Below the pieces are notes generated by a model that worked only from the letters and a program-made list of their open reading frames with translations, made no database searches and had not been told where the DNA came from. A stretch of 64,000 nt of DNA. Origin: a virus. Position numbers and translations under genes: made by a program. Positions 32,482 to 41,872 of the stretch are shown here, piece after piece (the first letter of the stretch is position 1; each line of letters opens with the position of its first letter). Where the stretch lies: positions 32,001-96,000 of IMG/VR virus record IMGVR_UViG_3300020061_000004; one strand, 5' to 3'.

Positions 32482-34404
32482 TTAGTCGAGTATTACATCA
32501 ACTGGGCTAGACAAACTTTCGATGTATCCCAGAATTGCTGTTTCGAATGCTGTACCTGTACCGGTAGGGAAGTATACAACCTGCTGATATGAATCAGTAT
32601 AGGTTTGAGACCAACCCAACACTTTGTAGGTGAATTCATACTCAAGAGTATATTCATCATAGAAAGCGAAAGGATCAGAGAAGTATACATAACCTTCAGC
32701 TTCACGAACAGCAGGGTCCATAGAGTAGTCCTTCAGGAAGTAACCAAGAGACTTAACTTCTTGATCACGAACATAAGCACCAACACCTACAGGATACTGT
32801 ACGTTCTGAAGTTCAGTGATAGGCCAACGATTTTCACAAGGAGAAGCATCGTAGTCTTCATTGTATTCAGATACCTGAATGTGAATTGTATCAGCTTCAT
32901 AAGGATAGTACAGATATGTACATTCTCCAGTGATACGATTGATAAAGGCCGTTTCTATGATAACACCAGCAGATACTACTGCACCCGGAGCTGCTGTTAC
33001 TGGAACCCACTCAGAGTTACCAAAGGCAGGAATCTTACCGAAATCAATTTCATCTACCTGACAATCAATACCAACTACATTAGAGAAAGTTGTTACTGCA
33101 TAACCATGTACACAATCTACAGGACCATCAGCAAGCTGAGTAATCGTGAGAGGCTGTCCATTGATTAAGATACCAGCATAATAGTCCTGAAGTTCAGTCA
33201 GACGGCTAACACCACAAACATTATCTGAAAGGGTAAGGTTAAGAGTCTGAGGGAACTGCCAAAGAACTGGAGTCTGTGCTGTCCAAGCAGTAGTTGTAGG
33301 AGTAGTGATAGTACATTTAGCACTTACATCTCCAAAAGCTTGAATAGAGTCAGTACCAACAGCAGCCTGATTAGCAACATTACTTACAATTACATAAGTA
33401 GAAAGTTGATTAGGGCTATCGAAGTTAGTACGAACAATTGACTCACCGGGACCTGCAATAGCATAAGCAGTTGCAGCAGCCGTAAGAGCAGCAGGATTAC
33501 CAGCATCAGCACGACGTACTACATACAAGAAACCAGCAGGATTCAATGTATAACCAGCAGGACAAGTAGCACAAGAAGGAAGTACAACAATACCAGCATT
33601 TGTGAATGCAGCAGGAGCACCAGCACTTGTAAGACGAGTCATCTGATATGTACTTACAATACCATCACGAGAAGTGCGAATTACCACCATTCCAGGATAC
33701 TGTACCTGTACAAAAGCCAGAGCAGCATTATGTCCACCATCCGCTACAGATAGGGTATATACTGTGTTTGAGAGAGCACCCGTTGTGTCAACAGCAGTGC
33801 TGAGAACTTTCTTAGCTAAAAGCAAACCGGGAGTATCGAAACTATTAAATTTCAGACGAGGATCATTATTGATCTTATCTACAAGCTGATCAGCAAGCTG
33901 AGAAGCATTAACAGCAGCACAGTTGTCTGTACCACAATCATCGCAACAGCCCGTATCCAGCCAATACTGGCGAATAAGACCCTGAACCGAGTAGAGTTTA
34001 TCAATAGGATTACCTGTAAGTTTGATAAATACTGAACGCTTTTCACCGCAGTTAGCAGTTAAGGTTTTAGTAACATCAAAACCGTCGAAACCGATAGCGA
34101 CTTTCTGATTCTGTCCTTGATGTGCAGTTTTCTTACGGAACCTTGTAATAAGTTTCCCCTTGATCAGCTTAGAAGCCTGATTAGTTTTAGGAATACCGCC
34201 CATTAAAGGGATAAAAGACAGATCAGGCATACCTTGCCAGATTTGAATTGCTTTGTTATTTGCATAGGTGGGAGCAGGAGCAGCAGTATAGGTATTGCCA
34301 TCGACGATACCAATCTGAGAAATACCCAAGTCCACGGTTGTGCCCGATGCAAGTAAGACAGGAGTTTTCGTTACGAATACTTGTCTAAACGATTGATTAA
34401 GCAT
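32482..34404 (-). CDS. Abundant structural protein (auxiliary capsid protein-like)
   Basis: 640 aa, two genes downstream of the MCP neighbour, followed by a terminator. Confidence 0.55.
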   Translation of the reverse strand: MLNQSFRQVFVTKTPVLLASGTTVDLGISQIGIVDGNTYTAAPAPTYANNKAIQIWQGMPDLSFIPLMGGIPKTNQASKLIKGKLITRFRKKTAHQGQNQKVAIGFDGFDVTKTLTANCGEKRSVFIKLTGNPIDKLYSVQGLIRQYWLDTGCCDDCGTDNCAAVNASQLADQLVDKINNDPRLKFNSFDTPGLLLAKKVLSTAVDTTGALSNTVYTLSVADGGHNAALAFVQVQYPGMVVIRTSRDGIVSTYQMTRLTSAGAPAAFTNAGIVVLPSCATCPAGYTLNPAGFLYVVRRADAGNPAALTAAATAYAIAGPGESIVRTNFDSPNQLSTYVIVSNVANQAAVGTDSIQAFGDVSAKCTITTPTTTAWTAQTPVLWQFPQTLNLTLSDNVCGVSRLTELQDYYAGILINGQPLTITQLADGPVDCVHGYAVTTFSNVVGIDCQVDEIDFGKIPAFGNSEWVPVTAAPGAVVSAGVIIETAFINRITGECTYLYYPYEADTIHIQVSEYNEDYDASPCENRWPITELQNVQYPVGVGAYVRDQEVKSLGYFLKDYSMDPAVREAEGYVYFSDPFAFYDEYTLEYEFTYKVLGWSQTYTDSYQQVVYFPTGTGTAFETAILGYIESLSSPVDVILD

Positions 34405-34431
34405 TGTGATTTGTTATTGTTTGTTAAAAAT

Positions 34432-35100
34432 TTACTCTGTTACTATTCTTTCTTTTGCGAGTTGAAATCCATCTGGATTCTCGTAGCGTCTGATCACTTC
34501 TAAAGCACACCTGTCAATCACTTCATCAACATACTGATCTTGAATATCAGGATCAATGTTTGTTGATTGTGTGCCATCTAATCTGATGTAACCTTCTATA
34601 TCAATGTTTATAACAGAACGATAATAGTTTAGGTAACATTCATCAACAGCGAAGTCCTTTTTAAAGACGAATAGGTTTCCCTCAGACAAATCTACGATAG
34701 TTTCTTCAAAATCAAAAGAGGGCTGATTATTTGCGTCCTCTAATAGCATATTTTCGTTTAAGGGCTTGTAGGGAAAGTTGAATATTCTAACCCCTTTACA
34801 ATTCCCCGAAGAACATACTGAATAACTACTCGCATAATTAAAGAAGTTGGTCGGCAACTTAAAGATAGCGTAACTATCATTCTCATCCAGCTTTTGAAGC
34901 TTTTTGAACTTAACTTGGATTTCAGCCAAGTCTTGAACATCAATTACGCTTTCTTTTTCGTTTAACTTCGTCTTCAGCCACCTTTTAGCCTGTTCATTAA
35001 ATAAGAATACAAACTCACCTTTTGATATATCAATATCTGCATTGGTGTCATTCTTATTTACTTTTAATAACAGTCTTTTATAGGTTTCAAATGACGTCAT
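34432..35100 (-). CDS. Head-tail ring/adaptor protein
   Basis: 222 aa. PSFDFEETI and YYRSVINIDI; crAss-like gene order. Confidence 0.55.
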   Translation of the reverse strand: MTSFETYKRLLLKVNKNDTNADIDISKGEFVFLFNEQAKRWLKTKLNEKESVIDVQDLAEIQVKFKKLQKLDENDSYAIFKLPTNFFNYASSYSVCSSGNCKGVRIFNFPYKPLNENMLLEDANNQPSFDFEETIVDLSEGNLFVFKKDFAVDECYLNYYRSVINIDIEGYIRLDGTQSTNIDPDIQDQYVDEVIDRCALEVIRRYENPDGFQLAKERIVTE

Positions 35101-35110
35101 TATTATAATT

Positions 35111-35998
35111 TTATCCCAGTGAACGTTTTTCTTCTACTTCTTCTTTTACAGAAGCAAACTCATTTACATTTGCAGGACTACTCAGGAACTTTATTACATC
35201 CTTCATAGTCTTACCATATGTAGCATTACCTCTCTGGTAATAGCCTTCTCTGATACGAATAACGTGACGCTGGATAGCTTCATCAATGATAAGCTTATAA
35301 GTGAGTTCTTCTACAGTCTTACCCATAGCTTCAGCAAACTTACGCGTTGCAGTACCTTCCTTATCATTAGTAAGTGTATCCCTAAGAAGGTTATATACAC
35401 TATCTTTCTTCATTGAATCCTTAACCTTAGAGCCAAGAATGTATTTACCAATGAGATTAAGCTTACGCTCATTATCATACAGACCGAAGAGATCAGCAAC
35501 TGCCTTATCACGTTCACGACTCTTAACAGACTTCTGAGAATCTTCTTCTTCTGAACGGTGCATGTAGAATTTTGTGGAAATGTAATCAGGATCACCTTTC
35601 GCTTCCAATTCTGGAGCACTAAATCTATTTGCTAGCAAGACATAGTATTTAACCCTGTCAAGCGGAATATCAAAGTTAAGAGCTAATTTATCTACAATAC
35701 GAATGTAGAATGTTTCCCAGAAATCTGATTTAGCATGCAGATTAAGACCAGTGAGAGTTTCGAGTTCCAAACGGAGTTCTTTTTTCTCTGCCTGAATTTT
35801 CTCACGAAGTTCACTGTCTTTAATACTTTTGATAGATACTGTCTCGTCATCAAGACCTGTAATCCACCTTCCATCTAAGCCTTTACCAGCTTGAAGGATT
35901 TCAAAAGTTCCAGGAAATTTACTTTTGTCATACTTGTCAAGTCCAAGCATCTGAGCACCTAAGTCAGGAGCCTGTTTGATTTCTACAAGAGTAGCCAT
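35111..35998 (-). CDS. Conserved crAss-like protein downstream of MCP
   Basis: GRWITGLD motif. Start moved to MATLVEIK (35998) because the ORF-track start is inside the terminator. Confidence 0.6.
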   Translation of the reverse strand: MATLVEIKQAPDLGAQMLGLDKYDKSKFPGTFEILQAGKGLDGRWITGLDDETVSIKSIKDSELREKIQAEKKELRLELETLTGLNLHAKSDFWETFYIRIVDKLALNFDIPLDRVKYYVLLANRFSAPELEAKGDPDYISTKFYMHRSEEEDSQKSVKSRERDKAVADLFGLYDNERKLNLIGKYILGSKVKDSMKKDSVYNLLRDTLTNDKEGTATRKFAEAMGKTVEELTYKLIIDEAIQRHVIRIREGYYQRGNATYGKTMKDVIKFLSSPANVNEFASVKEEVEEKRSLG

Positions 35999-36017
35999 TG
36001 TGTTTGTTTGTTGGTTT

Positions 36018-36056
36018 AAAAAAGAAAAGTAGGGAGGTGTTTGTGGCACACCTCCC
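36018..36056 (-). terminator. Intrinsic terminator after MCP
   Basis: GGGAGGTGT GCCACAA ACACCTCCC followed by a T-rich tail. Confidence 0.8.
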
Positions 36057-36069
36057 GAAGCACTTAAAA

Positions 36070-37704
36070 TTAGAAGCTAGGCTTGATCTTTTCGATGATG
36101 ATCGAGCGAGTGGCATCTTTCAGCCAAATGCTGCTCTGATTTTTCATCCAGATCGCATATCCATCACGCTGAGAGCTAGAGAACATACCCTGAGTTGCTT
36201 TAGGACCAAACGGATGTTGAGTACCTAATTCATAACCCCAATATGTATCAGACCAACCTTCAGGTTTAATAAGAACCAGGTTCGAGTTATCGTTAAAGCC
36301 ATCTTCAACACGATATTCTACTTCCTTAACCTTTGCGGCTGCATTTGATGTATTATTATCAGTGATATCCAATACCATCAGAGTGTAAGACTCGATAGGC
36401 AGTTCACCTATCAGACCATCCTGAACACGATTGTAGTGATTATCCAGAGCAGGGTTATATTCGAAAGTAACCTCACCAGCTACAGGGAAACGTTTGCTAG
36501 TGAAACGATATCCATACATCAGGTGCATAGCATCTCCTGTTAGATATCCCTTAACATCACCAGCCAGTACCAAGAATGGATTAGTATTCTTAAAGTCATC
36601 AGCCAGAAGTTTAGAAACTTCAATCATAGCACCAGTACCTACCATGATCTTAGTACGACGCTGTTCAAACGGAATACCAGAGTTGTAGAACAAGTTAGCC
36701 AGAGTTTCTTCGATCAGAGCAAGTGTCAGTCTAGTATACTGAACTCTATTACCTGTACGCAGTTGTTCGTAAAGACCCGTGTTAACACGTACCGAACGAC
36801 GACCACTACCAGTAACAATACCACCCTTAGACCACATCAAATCCCTTTCTTCCATCATCTTCATTTCAGCCCATAGCATGGCTTCGATACGATTCATCCA
36901 TTTCATGGAGTTAGGTATCGGCTTACCAGCCTGATCTTTATTGAAGAAGACAAGAGTAGAGTTATTTCTACGCAAATCAGAATACTGATTAAGATAACCA
37001 TAACGAGGGTCTCCACCGTCGATCTTCAGCATGTCAGCATAAGCAGTAATCCAGTGATATACCGAACGTCCACCACCAACTTGCATTTCCAGATCAAGTG
37101 ATCCCTGACGAAGCCAAACAGAAGATTTCTGAGTGTCATATTCGCCATTAACATTGGTAATTTTCATATACTCAACACCGGGCTGAAGGAACCTCTTAGG
37201 GAAGAAGTTTTTCTTGTTAGCCTGTGGAAGAGTAACAGTATATACCCAACCATCACTTTCTTCATAGATTTCTTCTTCTGTGATATACAGAGACACACCA
37301 TCACGATAATCGTAAGTGATAATATCAGTGTTTGTAAAACAGTTTTCAGAAAGCTTAATTTTGAATTTCTGTCCATCAATACCGGGACGCTGGATATCAC
37401 CAGTCATATCTTCTACCATATAAGGTAGGCCGATGTTGTACGGTACGCTATAACGGAACTTTCCTTCAGCACCATTGATATACATAACAGAGTTATTCAT
37501 CTCAGTCATGCTGATCAGCGGCGTATTCATCAACCTACGCTGATTCCACAAGTGGATCATACCTTTATAGGTAGTGAATGATTCTCTCTTGTACAGAGAG
37601 TAAAGTGAGTTCAAGTCTGTGTACTTGTTAACATCAAATCTAGTCTGACCAACAACGAGTGAGTTATTTAAACTCGTTACGCTTGGTATTTGAACTTGAG
37701 CCAT
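36070..37704 (-). CDS. Major capsid protein
   Basis: 544 aa in the portal - acidic scaffold - MCP order of crAss-like phages; own terminator. Confidence 0.8.
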   Translation of the reverse strand: MAQVQIPSVTSLNNSLVVGQTRFDVNKYTDLNSLYSLYKRESFTTYKGMIHLWNQRRLMNTPLISMTEMNNSVMYINGAEGKFRYSVPYNIGLPYMVEDMTGDIQRPGIDGQKFKIKLSENCFTNTDIITYDYRDGVSLYITEEEIYEESDGWVYTVTLPQANKKNFFPKRFLQPGVEYMKITNVNGEYDTQKSSVWLRQGSLDLEMQVGGGRSVYHWITAYADMLKIDGGDPRYGYLNQYSDLRRNNSTLVFFNKDQAGKPIPNSMKWMNRIEAMLWAEMKMMEERDLMWSKGGIVTGSGRRSVRVNTGLYEQLRTGNRVQYTRLTLALIEETLANLFYNSGIPFEQRRTKIMVGTGAMIEVSKLLADDFKNTNPFLVLAGDVKGYLTGDAMHLMYGYRFTSKRFPVAGEVTFEYNPALDNHYNRVQDGLIGELPIESYTLMVLDITDNNTSNAAAKVKEVEYRVEDGFNDNSNLVLIKPEGWSDTYWGYELGTQHPFGPKATQGMFSSSQRDGYAIWMKNQSSIWLKDATRSIIIEKIKPSF

Positions 37705-37736
37705 TTTTTACGTGAATTTTAGTTTAGATTAAAAAT

Positions 37737-39014
37737 TTATCTTGAAGGTAAGCCCCAATCTAGGGTTGCTACTTTCTTATCTTTATTACGAGAGGATTGT
37801 TCATGTTGGCTACCTTTCTTAGTAGAAACAGCACCATTTCCTTTGATGAACTTAAAGGCTTCAGCAGCGGCTTTGGATTTCTCCTGTGTTGCTACTTTAT
37901 TAACAAACTTCTGCTTATCCATTACAAACATAACCAAATCAACATAATCTTGAGGGTTAGCTTGCATCTTAGCGAAGTTCACATAGAACTTATTAACTAG
38001 ATTGCCATTTGGAAGGCGCTGATCATAACTAAGAAGATAATCTTCTACAGTACGTTTTTCAGCTAATGAAAGGTCTTTACGCTCTTTGATTGTATTACGA
38101 ATATTACTTTCAAAAGTCTTTTCCTTTTCCTTCTCTTTAGCTACAAAATCTTCCTGATCTTTATTAAGCCTATCAGCTTCTTTTCCGTAGTAAGATTTCA
38201 GAAGGTCTTTAACTTCCTTAGCTTCATTTTCAAGCTCATTAGAAAGTATAAGTCCACCTATCTGCTTTTCAACCCTTTCAGGTTTCCATCCTAATACTTC
38301 AGAATAATAATGCTTAATAAGTTCTTTCTGTCCATCTACACTATCAAGAGGAATTGCTTCTACTTGTTTCTGTTCTTTAAACAGATCGATGATCTCATCA
38401 GGTTGTCCACCATTCTTTACAAACTCAATGATAGCTTTACCAAAAGGTCCAGTACTATCTACAAGTTCTTCAAACATGCTACTAACACGAAGAGAATCTT
38501 GCTGAGCTACTAATTTTGCATAAGTGTCTTCATCAATATCTAAGTCTTCACGACCTTCGAAATCCTGCCAAGCACCACTTTGTATAAGATACTCTACAGT
38601 AGATTTAAGAATTCCTTTTACATCACTACTATCACTCTTCTCTTCTTCTTCAGACTCTTCTTCAGATTCTTCAGAAGCTTCTTCTTTCCTTTTAACAGGA
38701 GGCTTTTTCTTTGCTTCTGGATTTTCTTCTTCTTCCTCTACTTCCTCTTCCTCATCTTCTTCATCCAGACTATCCAAATCTATATTCTGAATGTCATTAC
38801 GACCAAAGGCTTCAGATATAGGTTGTTCTACACTTTTTTCTTTAGAAGCTAGAGGAGCTTTTTTACTTCCTTTAACTTCAGATTCTTCTTTTTTAGGGGC
38901 TTCTTTTTTTCCACCTACAAGAGAGTCTGCACTTGGTGTACCAGATGGTGTTTCATCAAACAGTCCATTAAGTACATCATCGGACATCTCCATGATTTCA
39001 CTTTGAAATTCCAT
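37737..39014 (-). CDS. Acidic scaffold-like protein
   Basis: 425 aa with Glu-rich N-terminus, between portal and MCP. Confidence 0.6.
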   Translation of the reverse strand: MEFQSEIMEMSDDVLNGLFDETPSGTPSADSLVGGKKEAPKKEESEVKGSKKAPLASKEKSVEQPISEAFGRNDIQNIDLDSLDEEDEEEEVEEEEENPEAKKKPPVKRKEEASEESEEESEEEEKSDSSDVKGILKSTVEYLIQSGAWQDFEGREDLDIDEDTYAKLVAQQDSLRVSSMFEELVDSTGPFGKAIIEFVKNGGQPDEIIDLFKEQKQVEAIPLDSVDGQKELIKHYYSEVLGWKPERVEKQIGGLILSNELENEAKEVKDLLKSYYGKEADRLNKDQEDFVAKEKEKEKTFESNIRNTIKERKDLSLAEKRTVEDYLLSYDQRLPNGNLVNKFYVNFAKMQANPQDYVDLVMFVMDKQKFVNKVATQEKSKAAAEAFKFIKGNGAVSTKKGSQHEQSSRNKDKKVATLDWGLPSR

Positions 39015-39047
39015 TGTTGCTTGGTTTTATTAATTTAGAATCTATTA

Positions 39048-39079
39048 CAAAAATAAGTACAAATAAGTAAGTAAGCAAA
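39048..39079 (-). promoter_or_regulatory. Bacteroidota-type promoter (scaffold-MCP)
   Basis: TTTG-N20-TATTTTTG. Confidence 0.7.
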
Positions 39080-39119
39080 TCCTATGTTCATTAGTTGTAA
39101 TACATAGCATTTCTTATAC

Positions 39120-41795
39120 TTATTTCTTACCATCGTATTTGTTTTTGTTTATTTTGGCTACTTTTAACTTTTCATTCTCTACTCTTTCACGAGATTGTAG
39201 CTCCTGTTGACGTACTTTTAGATCAGCAGTTTTCATCTGAGCATCTATTACAGCCTTTTCACGAGCTATAGTATTCTTCTCCCTATCCAATAGCAATTTC
39301 TGCTGTCCTACTTCTGCTGCAACAGAAAGCTTATCATATTCCAGAATATCCGGAGTCTGATCAGCGTCTTCATCTTTAAGATTATCTGGTTGACGAGAGA
39401 AGGTTTGGATATAAGCGATCTTCTCTTTAGAAGCTCTATTCTTATCATTCTCATCAGCTTGGAATGCAAGGTCTGCTTGTTTCTGCTGAGCTTCACTCTG
39501 AATCTGCTGCTGTTGCATATCCATTTGCTGTTGATACTTCTGTTCATTACGAGCCATAGCAACTTCAAGCTGAGCTTTAATTTCAGCAGGACTATTAGAT
39601 GTAATAACAGTAGCAAGATCAACTGGTGATGCTCCAGTATTATTATTAGACATAAATAACTGACGAAGAGATTCAAGTTGTCTCATATCTTCTTGAGAGT
39701 TAGACACATATACGTGAAGATCAGATAATAGGAGTTCTGTGCCATTCATCTTCATGAAAGCTCTACTCATATCTGATTTAACATAAGATACTGTTACATC
39801 TCTTTCCTTAGACTGTACATACTGTGCAATATCTAAGTTCATCTTTAGTACACGACGCTTATATTCAGAGAACCTAGTAAAGTAAGATTCTGTCTGAGCA
39901 TATGACTGAGCAATAGCTTGTTGTGTACCTGTAGCTGTTTCTGAGGCTGCCACTGACCCAAGACGCTGAGGAGTAATACCTACTTGAGATAGGGCTCTTT
40001 GTTCAAAGAACTCCATTATCTTCATTCTGGACATCATCCTTGCAGACTCATCCATATCTACTTCTTTAGGCATCTGTCCACCTGGATTAGCACCCTTCAT
40101 ATTCTGGGGTGATGTATCTACAAAGGTGACACCTAAACTCTTAGCAACTAGAAGGAACTTTTCATAGGCATTCTCTCCACCCCAGTCTTTAATGTTTGTA
40201 AGCATATTCACATCCATGATAAGGAAGCGACCAATTTCACGTTGCATTGTCTGGTAGAGTTGGTTAGCTCCTACATTAAATCCAATCTGCCAAGGCTTCA
40301 TCAAGTCTACAAGAGACATTGATTGAGAGTTTCTAGCATTGAATATCTGTCCACATACTGGTAGCTTCGCATAGTAAGGATTGAAATCTCCTCTAAACTG
40401 AAATGGAAGAGGACCAGCATTTACATAAATATCTTCTTTTAATTGTGTACCATGTTTACATATCTTAATCCCACGCCAAATTTCATTTACCCATGTCCAA
40501 GACACAGTATTAATTTGATCATCATTCTCATAGATAGCACTATCAAGTTCTTTAAATCCAGGAGGTACTACAAATGTTTCATCTACAAGTTGCTTAGTAA
40601 CTAAGTTAGTTTCAGGATCGATAAAGGTTACTTTACCTATCTTCTTCTGTGATTTCCAATAGGCTTCTAATACTTTCAGATAGCCTCTAGTATTAAGGAA
40701 GTATGGATTATGTGTACTAAGTTCTGTAGACATGAAGTCTCCAGTAAAGGTGGGAATATAGGGAGCAGCAGGATTGACACCAAAGGTATCAGTCATAAGT
40801 TTACCATCTCCATAGTTCTGGTATGGTACTACAGCACCATATGCAATACCCTGTCCATCAGTTCCAGATATCTTACCCATTAAGTCCTTAGAGAGTTCCA
40901 AGTCTTTAAGGGTAGACTTTTTCATCATATACCCATATCTATCTACAACATCAGATACAGTTAGATATATAATACGTCCTACATAGTCACCTTCTTCAGC
41001 ATGTTCTACTTCAGGACTCTTATGGAAGAATGTATTAACAGGGTTCCAAGTTTCTTGGTTATACCCATTTGATGTCAGATAGAAGTGTCTAAATGCACGA
41101 TCCGCAGTGAGCATATCTTCAAACTCTCTACGTTCTAGTTCAGGAAGATAGAAACGCTGCCTATCAAGTTCAAGTTGGTATTGTCCCCATATCTCAGCAG
41201 TATCCTGCCAAGAGTATTTCATATACTTCTCTATTTCTGGAGGAGTAAGAGCCTGACGCTGTTGTTCTACTTGTTGTTGATATTGCTGTTGTTCTTGAGG
41301 AGAATTAAATTGATCCTTATTAGGATTCAATCCCATTTGTGCAAGACGTAAGTTTACTTCATTATTAACCTCTTGCATTACATGCTCTAGTAGGAGACGA
41401 GTCTTTTCACGAACATAACTATTTGTAGTATTTTCATCATAACCCTTTACTCTAAAGTTATCAGGGCGCTTCTGGTATTCACCAGATAAAGTATTGATTA
41501 CCTGAGAGATAATATCATAGTGACGTAAGTAGTTAGGAATTTCAAATTCTCTGGAAAGCTGATGTACCATATCAGCATATTCATCCTGTTCTAGGTAGTG
41601 AGAGAAAATGAATTTACCCTTAACCATCTCATAGTTTTCTATAAGACTCATGTTAGAGTAGTATTGAAGAGTTCCTATTCTCTCCAAAGAGTCCATATTG
41701 TCCTTAATCCACTGAGCATTTTTCTTGGTTAAGGGAACCATTTGGGCTGGTAAGGCCACATTAGGGTTCGTATTAATTGCCGGACTTATATTCAT
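39120..41795 (-). CDS. Portal protein
   Basis: 891 aa. LRHYDIISQVINTLSGEY, WVNEIWRGIKI, SLVDLMKPWQ and GITPQRLG; follows terminase. Confidence 0.85.
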   Translation of the reverse strand: MNISPAINTNPNVALPAQMVPLTKKNAQWIKDNMDSLERIGTLQYYSNMSLIENYEMVKGKFIFSHYLEQDEYADMVHQLSREFEIPNYLRHYDIISQVINTLSGEYQKRPDNFRVKGYDENTTNSYVREKTRLLLEHVMQEVNNEVNLRLAQMGLNPNKDQFNSPQEQQQYQQQVEQQRQALTPPEIEKYMKYSWQDTAEIWGQYQLELDRQRFYLPELERREFEDMLTADRAFRHFYLTSNGYNQETWNPVNTFFHKSPEVEHAEEGDYVGRIIYLTVSDVVDRYGYMMKKSTLKDLELSKDLMGKISGTDGQGIAYGAVVPYQNYGDGKLMTDTFGVNPAAPYIPTFTGDFMSTELSTHNPYFLNTRGYLKVLEAYWKSQKKIGKVTFIDPETNLVTKQLVDETFVVPPGFKELDSAIYENDDQINTVSWTWVNEIWRGIKICKHGTQLKEDIYVNAGPLPFQFRGDFNPYYAKLPVCGQIFNARNSQSMSLVDLMKPWQIGFNVGANQLYQTMQREIGRFLIMDVNMLTNIKDWGGENAYEKFLLVAKSLGVTFVDTSPQNMKGANPGGQMPKEVDMDESARMMSRMKIMEFFEQRALSQVGITPQRLGSVAASETATGTQQAIAQSYAQTESYFTRFSEYKRRVLKMNLDIAQYVQSKERDVTVSYVKSDMSRAFMKMNGTELLLSDLHVYVSNSQEDMRQLESLRQLFMSNNNTGASPVDLATVITSNSPAEIKAQLEVAMARNEQKYQQQMDMQQQQIQSEAQQKQADLAFQADENDKNRASKEKIAYIQTFSRQPDNLKDEDADQTPDILEYDKLSVAAEVGQQKLLLDREKNTIAREKAVIDAQMKTADLKVRQQELQSRERVENEKLKVAKINKNKYDGKK

Positions 41796-41814
41796 TCTTT
41801 GATATTAAATAGCA

Positions 41815-41853
41815 CAAATGTACTTAAAAACGATTAGATTATAAAGTATGTAA
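41815..41853 (-). promoter_or_regulatory. Class II promoter candidate TTACA-N26-TACATTTG (portal)
   Basis: Same spacing at four intergenic sites. Confidence 0.65.
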
Positions 41854-41872
41854 CCATAATAACATATTATGA

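Noticed and set aside
38620-38770. GAA-rich low-complexity tract
   Set aside because: It is explained by the poly-Glu region of the scaffold-like protein.
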